DNA of 64,000 nt from the NCBI GenBank assembly GCA_950097015.1, contig CATNEN010000005.1, positions 3,782,001 to 3,846,000 of the forward strand. The letters are read 5' to 3'. The notes under the pieces were generated by a model, which searched no databases, was not told the origin of the DNA, and was given only the letters and a program-made list of their open reading frames with translations. The translations under genes were made by a program, and so were the position numbers. The DNA is from Macrostomum hystrix. Lineage: Eukaryota > Animalia > Platyhelminthes. Of this stretch, positions 36,370 to 47,000 are shown piece by piece; the stretch's first letter is position 1; each line of letters starts with the position of its first letter.

Positions 36370-36840
36370 CGATGCTGACTATGTCGACAAGGATGTCGGT
36401 TTCAATGGCAATGGAGTCAGTAGCTTGGAAACGAGCCTTAATGTCACCCTGCTTAGCCACAGACAGCGGAAATACTGCAGACAATGAGATGAGTAGCAGG
36501 CTCAAACAATTACTGAGAAGCTTCATTCTAGATCAACCGATTAGCTGTTGACTGTGTTGCAATTTGACAGTTGATGAAGAAAATAAATGCGCTTCGAAAT
36601 GACCATTATTTATGCCAACCGTGAGTCACGCGCATCTCACAGTCGGAGCGCTAGTTTCCATGGAAACTAATGGCTAAGTGGGTCGGTTAACACGAATATT
36701 AGTGGTACCCGCATGAAATGCGTTAATTTTTTTTTTAAATCTATCATGCGCGTTTGAAGCCGGTTTTTCTGATAAGTGGTACCGCTAAATATAGTAGCTC
36801 TACTTTCATCTGAGACCTGCTGGTAACACTTAGAAACCGA
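36370..36840 (-). pseudogene. Truncated duplicate of the 5' end and upstream region of the PAN/glycine-rich gene
   Basis: 36370-36715 is nearly identical to 21585-21935, with weaker similarity to ~36840. ATG at 36526; about 52 codons, then fused to the Gypsy fragment with a stop. Confidence 0.88.
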
Positions 36841-37249
36841 TTGAAAGTACCTCCGCTAAAGTTATCGGCTGTGCATCATTGAAAGTGCATTATAATTGTT
36901 AGTCATTTCTCTTTGTTACATTTTTCTACGAGAAAGTCAATAGGCCCAATTGATTTCTGCATGAAATGGGACTAAAAGCTAATTGAAATGCTTTTTCTTA
37001 TCATAATCTGATGAGGTTGCACAGCTTCCGTGTTGCTATGCTACCCAAAGGTATCATCGAGTATAGCAACGAGCTTTTGGGTTGCATATCACAAAGTCAA
37101 TCTGAGCGTCAAATGGAATTCTTTCAAGACTGCATTCAGAAACCTGCATTTTTCGCTACTGTTGTTGTTTACAATGGTCGAATTTCCCAAAGCTTGTAAC
37201 TTTGTGTGAATTTTTAACCGGTTTCAGGTTGAGTCGCAGAGTGATTTAG

Positions 37250-37445
37250 AGCGTTTGCCTCTCGCACCAAGGTCCCTGAGCTCGATTCCGTGGCGAGGCC
37301 GCATTCATTTGGGGTGTAGCCGCGGTGAGAGGGCTTGGATGCTTTTCGTGCAATTTACGCCCTTAAGGGCCAACCTCCAAGGCACAGTGAGAGTGTACAC
37401 TGCCTGACAACGAGAAAGCCAGGGCACATGTACATGCAGTGTGAG
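37250..37445 (+). mobile_element. SINE family A, 5' two-thirds
   Basis: GCGTTTGCCTCTCGCACCAAGGTCCCTGAGCTCGATTCCGTGGCGAGGCC...GTGTACACTGCCTGACAA. Confidence 0.8.
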
Positions 37446-38047
37446 ATCTAAACTGTCTCTCTGATTTGAGTGCAAGATTTGAGTTTAATAGCTTAAGTGT
37501 GCGCCAATCCGTGATTGAAATGACTTTTAAGCGTCATAATTTAAATTTAATATATTCTCGGACAATGTTATATTTTCGCGTTCCATACTACTCGCATATG
37601 CTTATATTGCCACAAGCAGCAGTGAAGAATGCATCAAGGCTTTGCAAAACCTACTTTTCGTATTTATTTTTATTGCCACGTTTAAATGACCGTTATAAAA
37701 CCGACCAACGTTTTTGATTTCTTCCTATCATACGAAAACTACGTACCTCACATGGCATCTTGTTAGGAGTGGTTTAGTACGTATGTACTTGTTCTGCTTA
37801 AATAAAGTCAAATACAAATTATATTCTCGAACTATCACATCACAGACTTCAAATCTTTAGGTTTTTCTTTTCAAACCGTGGATAAAACATCCCAGGCTTC
37901 AGTCTAACCATTCACTCATTCACGGATTTCAACCCAAACCTGTCACTCATTCATGCATTTCAATAACAAACAATGCCTAAATGTATATATTTCAAGTTTA
38001 ATGAAATAGTTTACAAAGATTTTCCCACCCGTGCGTCATTGCCACAA

Positions 38048-41000
38048 TCACGAGTGATCCTCAGTAAAAGCTGGAGCGGCCACGCTGCAGATCGCTGAGA
38101 ACATGCCAACAGTCAGCGCTGTAAACACCCAGAAGAAGATTCTGTCTAGAGCGAAGGCGGCCCTCTTCCACACGTCGGCGAATTCTAGTTCACTTTGCTG
38201 CTGCTGCACAGGTGGTCTTCTTCCGTCGCTGTTGCAACAGCTTCCGTTAGTTGAAGCTCTGCTTAACGGCTGCAGGGCGACCTTTTTGGCGTTAATGGTT
38301 ATTAACGGATAGTTATCTCAGAAGGCATACTTGCGAGCTATATAGTTCGTGCGTACTTAAGTACTCTGGTTCGTGCGTACTCCAGTTCGCTCGTACTCTA
38401 GTTCGCTAGAATTTGCGTAAATCTTCCTACTTTTTGATAATTATTCATGTTTCCTACTTGCTTTACATCACTAACCTGTTGGTAGGACAATTGGTAGGAC
38501 TTATGATTTTATGATTAATGATATCAAATAATACCCTGGAGCAACATTTAGAACATCGTACTGTACACTGTACCTTGAAGTAGGTCGATGGCACAACTGG
38601 CTGTGACGGCTGCAGCGGAGAGTTCAGACTTTCGTCAACACCCCAACGTTGCTGATGCTGCTGCTGCTGCTGCTGCTGCTGTTGCTCACGAAGCTCCCGC
38701 ATAGCCAAGGGGTTGTTTGCGCTGCTTCTAGATTTTCGTGCCCTTCTAGAAGCAGTCCAGCGCATATGGAGGCCTGCTAACCACCTGGCATATCTTGGTG
38801 GTCGGAAGTACCGATGCTGATGCCTCTGATTCAGAGCATGCTGCTGCTGCTGCTGATACTGCTGATCGGCAAAGTATACACGGGTTACAGCCACTGACAT
38901 CACAACTGCCAGCGCTACCATTGTCATGGTGACCGTGAACAGCAGGCCTGGAATGTGAATATTTAGAGACTATAATTAGATTGTAAGATCCCAAAATTAG
39001 ATTCACAGACCCCAAAGCTACATTCTCAAATCCCAAAGCTAGATTCACAGATCCCAAAGCTAGATTCTCAGATCCTAAAGCTAGATTCTCTGATCCCAAA
39101 GCTAGATTCACAGATCCCAAAGCTACATTCACAAATCCCAAAGCTAGATTCACAGATCCCAAAGCTAGATTCTCAGATTCTAAAGCTAGATTCTCTGATC
39201 CCAAAGCTAGATTCACAGATCCCAAAGCTAGATTCACAGATCCCAAAGCTAGATTCACAGATCCCAAAGCTACATTCACAAATCCCAAAGCTAGATTCAC
39301 AGATCCCAAAGCTACATTCTCAAATCCCAAAGCTAGATTCACAGATCCCAAAGCTAGATTCTCAGATCCTAAAGCTAGATTTTCTGATCCCAAAGCTAGA
39401 TTCACAAATCCCAAAGCTGGTTTCACAGATCCCAAAGCTAGATTCACAGATCCCAAAGCTAGATTCACAGATCCCAAAGCTCAATTCACAGATCCCAATC
39501 GTCGGCACTCACCCAGAATGGGAATGGCATCCGGTGTCGGTGGCATAGTTTCGCTGACCATCAGCAGAAACACAACCAGAGCCAGCAGCACAGTAATCTC
39601 CAAATTGACCTTTTCACCGGACTCAATTGGCAGATAGAATCCGAGAAACGACACGAAATAGATCAGCAGGCACGGGCAGATGAGGTTGATCACGTAGAAC
39701 AGACAGCGCCTGTGCATTCGAATGGTAAAGTGAATCACAGGGAACGGTGACTCGCAGCACGGATACTTAATTAGCTCCTGGTGTGGCGTTATTCCTGTGA
39801 CCTTCCATTCCTGATTGCGCGCGTTATAGTACACCTTCTGATCTTCGCGGCCAGTGTGGTTCAGAGCCACTTGGAATCCGTCGTAGGTCCACGAAACGAA
39901 GGTGACGTTGCAGTCCTGTGTGTCGAAGGGAAAATAGCGCACATCCAGGGTGCAGTACATCTTCACCACCATTGGGAAGGTCCACATGATACCGCCATCC
40001 TGCTCGACTACGGCGTTTGTGTTCATGTAGTCCGAGTATTCGTCATTTGCGCTAAAATTGAGGTAAATCATCTTGTAGCTAAACTGACGACCTCTTAGCT
40101 AAGAATGCTTGCACTATGGGATCTTTGAGTTTGCGATCTCAGGTTTTTAGGGATCTTTGATTTTGCGATCTCAGGTTTTTAGGGATCTTTGATTTTGCGA
40201 TCTCAGGTTTTTAGGGATCTTTGATTTTGCGATCTCAGGTTTTTAGGGATCTTTGATTTTGCGATCTCAGGTTTTTAGGGATCTTTGAGTTTGCGATCTC
40301 AGGTTTTTAGGGATCTTTGAGTTTGCGATCTCAGGTTTTTAGGGATCTTTGAGATTAGGATCTTTTAGTTTGAGATCTCGGGTTTTTAGGGATCTTTGAG
40401 TTTGCGATCTCAGGTTTTTAGGGATCTTTGAGATTAGGATCTTTTAGTTTGAGATCTCGGGTTTTTAGGGATCTTTGAGTTTAGGATCTTTGAGTTTAGG
40501 GATCGTTGAGTTTTTGGATGATGTCTTGAGACTAGATTGTTGGGAAGCTTGATGTTTGAGTTTTTGTAAGTGTTTATGAAGATTGAACTCCAAGATCATA
40601 GGATCTTTGTAGTTTTCACTGTCTTGCAACTTGAAATATTACAAATCCATGTTGCTTCTCAAAATGGTATATCAAAAAGTACAAATTAAAAGGCATGATG
40701 CAATTTAACAGCAGGCAGTAGACCCATCAGTTTTATTCTTACTAGTTGGTAATGATCAGATCCGGGCGCCAGATGCTTTTAGCTGGTATCCAGAATCGCT
40801 TAATTGGAAATTCTTCAATACTCCAGCTCAAGTATTCGTCCCACCAGTGCTGCGAGAAATATGTAGCTAGGATTTAATATCAACAAGAAATAAATATTTT
40901 TCATCCACTCAGAATTTTACTCAGCCAGGAAATAAATGTTCTCACCACTCGAATGGACACCTGTGCAGAGATTGTCTGGTGCCGTTCGCTCTGTGATAAC

Positions 41001-44000
41001 ACAGATTTATAAAAAGCATTAGTAAAGCGAAATGAAAGTTATAACATAGTGTTTAATAATAATAATAATAATTGCAGAAGGGCTGCGGGCAGTGGCACAT
41101 CATTTAGTGACACTAGACCCGCAGCCAGCGAGGAGGCAATTCTGCCCATTTCGCTGACTCCTGAGCACACACGCACACAGATACTGTACGCAGGCACACG
41201 CTCACACAGGTGTGTACATCTGCCCTGACTTTCTCATCGTCAGGCAGTGTACATTTACCTTGGAGGTTGACCCTCAAGGACGTAAATTGCACGACAAGCC
41301 CCCCAAGCCTTCTCTCCGCGGCTGCGCCCCAAATGAAAGTGGCCTCGCCGCGGAATCGAACTTAAGGACCTTGGTGCGAGAGGCAAACGCGTTAATCGCT
41401 CTGCCACCGACCCCCTCCAACATAGTGTTTAGAGCGTTGGACTTGCGAATTCACGACTACGGTCGGGGGTTCGATTCCTGACTAACACTGGGACAATTTG
41501 TGCCCTTAAGCAAGACACTTAACAGTGCATTGCTTCAGTGCACCCAGCATTAGCTCAGGTAAGTGAGGGTGGGTGTGGCGTTCAGATGCGTCGCGCAATT
41601 GTTGCGGCTGTGCTGCACATTTGGCCCAATTAGGGCTGGTATAACTAAAGAATTGTTATATAAAAGACGTACTAATTTTTTTAGCCTGTTGTAAATAAGA
41701 GAAATGCTATTAGTTCAATTTTCTCTTTGAAATTTTCTGACATCTGCTTTGCATGTGTTTTATGTTCCATAAAAAGAAAAATAAATAAAAGCTGATGGGT
41801 GAGCTATAGAACGAAGAACCTTCAAGTTAATGGCTGCGAAATTGGCCATCCTTTTTTCAGATCCTCCAATAAAAAACTTACCACAGGCTTTCGCATTCTC
41901 TTGTGTAAAATAATAACACATGAAAACATAGCCAAAGCGCAAGATCTGTGAATTTAGTTTGCGATAGGCGTATCTAGCTTTGGGATCTGTTAATCTAGCT
42001 TTGGGATCTGTAAATCTAGCTTTGGGATCTGTTAATCTAGCTTTGGGATCTGTAAATCTAGCTTTGGGATCTGTTAATCTAGCTTTGGGATCTGTAAATC
42101 TAGCTTTGGGATCTGTTAATCTAGCTTTGGGATCTGTTAATCTAGCTTTGGGATCTGTTAATCTAGCTTTGGGATCTGAGAATCTAGCTTTGGGATCTGT
42201 GAATCTAGCTTTGGGATCTGTGAATCTAGCTTTGGGATCTGTGAATCTAGCTTTGGGATCTGTGAATCTAGCTTTGGGATCTGTGAATCTAGCTTTGGGA
42301 TCTGTGAATCTAGCTTTGGGATCAGAGAATCTAGCTTTGGGATCTGTGAATCTAGCTTTGGGATCTGTGAATCTAGCTTTGGGATCCGTGAATCTAGCTT
42401 TGGGATCTGTGAATCTAGCTTTGGGATCTGTGAATCTAGCTTTGGGATCAGAGAATCTAGCTTTAGGATCTGTGAATCTAGCTTTGGGATCTGTGAATCT
42501 AGCTTTGGGATCAGAGAATCTAGCTTTGGGATCTGAGAATCTAGCTTTGGGATCTGTTAATCTAGCTTTGGGATCTGTTAATCTAGCTTTAGGATCTGTT
42601 AATCTAGCTTTGGGATCTGTTAATCTAGCTTTGGGATCTGTGAATCTAGCTTTGGGATCTGTGAATCTAGCTTTGGGATCTGTGAATCTAGCTTGGGGTT
42701 TTGTGAATCTAGCTTTGGGATCTGTTAATCTAGCTTTTGGATCTGTAAACCTAGTTTTGGGATCTGTGAATCTAGCTTTGGGATCTGTGAATCTAGCTTT
42801 GGGATCTGAGAATCTAGCTTTGGGATCTGTGAATCTAGCTTTGGGATCTGTTAATCTAGCTTTGGGATCTGAGAATCTAGCTTTGGGATCTGCGAATCTA
42901 GCTTTAGGATCTGTAAATCTAGCTTTGGGATCTGTGAATCTAGCTTTGGGATCTGAGAATCTAGCTTTATGATCTGTGAATGTAGCTTTGGGAGCTGTGA
43001 ATGTAGCTTTGGGAGCTGTGAATGTAGATTTATTATCTGTGAATCTAGCTTTAGGATCTGAGAATCTAGCTTTGGGATCTGTGAATCTAGCCTTGGGATC
43101 TGTGAATCCAGTATGGGATCCGTGAATCTAGCTTTGGGATTTGTGAATCTAGCTTTCGGGCCTGTGAATCTAGTATTGGATCTGTGTATCTATCTTTGGG
43201 ATCTGTGAATCTAGCTTTGGGATCATAGAATCTAGCTTTGGGATCTGTGAATCTAGCTTTGGGATCTGAGAATCTAGCTTTGGGATCTGTTATTCTAGTT
43301 TTAGGATCTGTGAATCTAGCTTTGGGATCTGTGAATGTAGATTTAGGATCTGTGAATATAGTATGGCATCTGTGAGCATAAAATGGGATCTGTGAATCTC
43401 GCAATCTAGCAATATCCTTCCAGCACAGAAACTTACCGTATCTAGAATGTGAAATAGCGACATGCCGACCCGAGTGTCCACCGGGCTGGTGTCTCGCCGC
43501 ACAGGCCTGCTAGTTGTGTCGTAGCCTCTGAGCAGGCGTATTTTGAGTTGATATTCGACAGACGCGTTGCCATGGAGACGATCGTCAGAAGAGGCTTCCG
43601 TTTGGCCTAATGGGAAAATTAATAATTAGTTATTTAAAATAATCCGAATGAAGACTAGAGAAAATTTGGTATTTGCTCATGGGTGTACCATTTCTAATCA
43701 CAATTCATACAATCCTGTATATTTGGCGAAGCAAGGCTCCTGCATTTTGACAGCCTCCCAGTTGATTTCTTTGACGTCTAACACTAAGTAAACTTGTCGG
43801 AGTCTCATAAGGCACTCGGTCTTCTTCCCTTGGCGCACTCACAAAGGAATCCAAAAAAGTTGTGCAGTGTTGCGTGACTAACTCCCCGCCCGGCGCAATA
43901 AAATCCTCAATTCAGTAAGTGGGATTATCTTCCCCGCAGCCTAGATTAAGGCTCGAACTGAGAGACATGCTGCCCTGAAAATTCGCTGGTGTTTTGGACA

Positions 44001-47000
44001 ACAGGTTGGACAGCCTAACACAGTCTTTTCTAGGAAATACCGATTATCGCGGACACACTGTAGCACCGTTTAATGGGATGGGATTTTTATTGATAATTTT
44101 GCCATCTATGCTAAATTTTTTTGGTATCCATGATTGGGATTCTGCATCGGGGTCTAGGTCAATGAATTATGATCAGGGATTGAGATTTGAGATTCGGGAT
44201 TGAGATTTGGGATTTAGGATTGAGATTTGGGATTTAGGATTGAGATTTGGGATTTGGGATTGAGATTTGGAATTCGAGATTTAGATTTGGGATTCAGGAT
44301 TGAGACTTAGGATTTTGGATTGAGATTTATTTGGGATTGAGATCAGGGATTTGGAATTGAGATTTGGGATTTGGGATTTGGGATTTGGGATTTGGGATTA
44401 AGATTTAGAATTCAGGATTAATATTCGTGATTCGGGCTCGGGATTTACGATCAGGTATTGAGATTTAGGATTTGGGATTTGAGATTTGGGATTTTAGAGT
44501 TGGGATTTGAGATTTGGGATTTGGGATTGAGATCAGGGATGTGGAGTTGAGATCAGGGATTTGGGATTGAGATCAGGGATTTGGAATTGAGATTTGGGAT
44601 TTGAGATTTTGGTTTTGGGATTCAGGATTTATATTCGGGATTTGGGATTGGGATTAGGAATTCAGGATTAGGATAATCGATCGTGCATTGGGATTTGGAT
44701 TAGGATCAGAAAAGAAGATGAAAAATGTTTTTGATTAATGTGAATTATTTTTACAGATAAAACTAATATATTATGTTTTTCAAAAATGGTTTCGTTCTTA
44801 GAACTACTGACGACTGTTTTCTGAAAGGATTTAAATATTTTAGGATACCCGTCATGTGCTAATGGACAAGCACTTCACTTCTGTGCCAGTGTATTTTCAC
44901 TTGTATTTATCATGTTCTAATTGGGAATTTGATGACAGGACTCTTCAGTTTCTATGAAATACTGTTCTCTTATGAGACATTTTATGAAGCATAGCTTTCT
45001 ATTATTAACATTTTGCAATTGTTTTTTTTATTTTCCTTAATAGCAATCATTTTTGCATATTTTCTCAATTTAAGTTGCTCATTAACTTTAGTCATATGGT
45101 CAGTTTATGACATGCATGTCCGCTCTTTTCTCTGGTCATTTGATCATCTCTCCCTTATCTATTTGGTCATTTCTCCATTATCTATTTGGTCATTTCTCCC
45201 TTATCTATTTGGTCATCTCTCCCTTATCTATTTGGTCATCTCTCCCTTATCTATTTGGTCATCGCTCATTTATCTATTTGGTCATCGCTCATTTATCTAT
45301 TTGGTCATTGCTCATTTATCTAATTTTTAATCACTCATTTATCTATTTGGTCATTGCTCATTTATCTAGTTGGTCATTGCTCATTTATCTATTTGGTCAT
45401 TGCTCATTTATCTAATTTTTAATCACTCATTTATCTATTTGGTCATTGCTCATTTATCTAGTTGGTCATTGCTCATTTATCTATTTGGTCATCGCTCATT
45501 TATCTAATTTTTAATCACTCATTTATCTAGTTGGTCATTGCTCATTTATCTAATTTTTAATCACTCATTTATCTATTTGGTCATTGCTCATTTATCTAGT
45601 TGGTCATTGCTCATTTATCTATTTGGTCATTGCTCATTTATCTAATTTTTAATCACTCATTTATCTAGTTGGTCATTGCTCATTTATCTAATTTTTAATC
45701 ACTCATTTATCTATTTGGTCATTGCTCATTTATCTAGTTGGTCATTGGTCATTTATCTATTTGGTCATTGCTCATTTATCTAATTTTTAATCACTCATTT
45801 ATCTATTTGGTCATTGCTCATTTATCTATTTGGTCATTGCTCATTTATCTATTTGGTCATTGCTCATTTATCTATTTGGTCATTGCTCATTTATCTATTT
45901 GGTCATTGCTCATTTATCTAATTTTTAATCACTCATTTATCTATTTGGTCATTGCTCATTTATCTAGTTGGTCATTGCTCATTTATCTATTTGGTCATCG
46001 CTCATTTATCTAATTTTTAATCACTCATTTATCTATTTGGTCATTGCTCATTTATCTAGTTGGTCATTGCTCATTTATCTATTTGGTCATCGCTCATTTA
46101 TCTAGTTGGTCATTGCTCATTTATCTAGTTGGTCATCGCTCATTTATCTAGTTGGTCATTGCTCATTTATCTAGTTGGTCATCGCTCATTTATCTAGTTA
46201 GTCATTGCTCATTTATCTAGTTGGTCATTGCTCATTTATCTATTTGGTCATCGCTCATTTATCTAATTTTTAATCACTCATTTATCTAGTTGGTCATTGC
46301 TCATTTATCTAGTTGGTCATTGCTCATTTATCTATTTGGTCATTGCTCATTTATCTAATTTTTAATCACTCATTTATCTATTTGGTCATTGCTCATTTAT
46401 CTAGTTGGTCATTGCTCATTTATCTAGTTGGTCATTGCTCATTTATCTAGTTGGTCATTGCTCATTTATCTAGTTGGTCATTGCTCATTTATCTAGTTGG
46501 TCATTGCTCATTTATCTAATTTTTAATCACTCATTTATCTAGTTGGTCATTGCTCATTTATCTAGTTGGTCATCGCTCATTTATCTAGTTGGTCATATGA
46601 GTAATTTCTAGCATGCGAACAGGTCTGTGATTCACAAATAAATCAGTTAAATATTACATGCAGTACTATAGAGCACAATCGAAGAGGCACACTTGAAGTC
46701 CGCTTTTAACGTCGCTTGACGAAATTTTAAGCAGCACTTCCGTCCAACGGAAGTTAGTGAGGCCAAGTAGAATTTCTGTTATGCTCACTAGTGGAACTAA
46801 ATACTATATGAAAAGGTTAGTATTATACAGTTAATTATGTAATATGCAGCAACGGGGCAAGCTACTCCTGCGTGCCTTGACTTTAGTCAGGACGGTTATA
46901 CAACAGTATGCGAGTGAGCTTCTGAGCACGAACGACTTTTGATTGAAATTCGTCTTTGGGAAACTCTCGTGTCTAGATAAGGTCTTAGCTAAAGGTTGCC

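Noticed and set aside
38746-42972. GSVNLAL-repeat ORFs (38746-39477 and 41980-42972)
   Set aside because: Translations of 21-bp intronic arrays in the nAChR gene.
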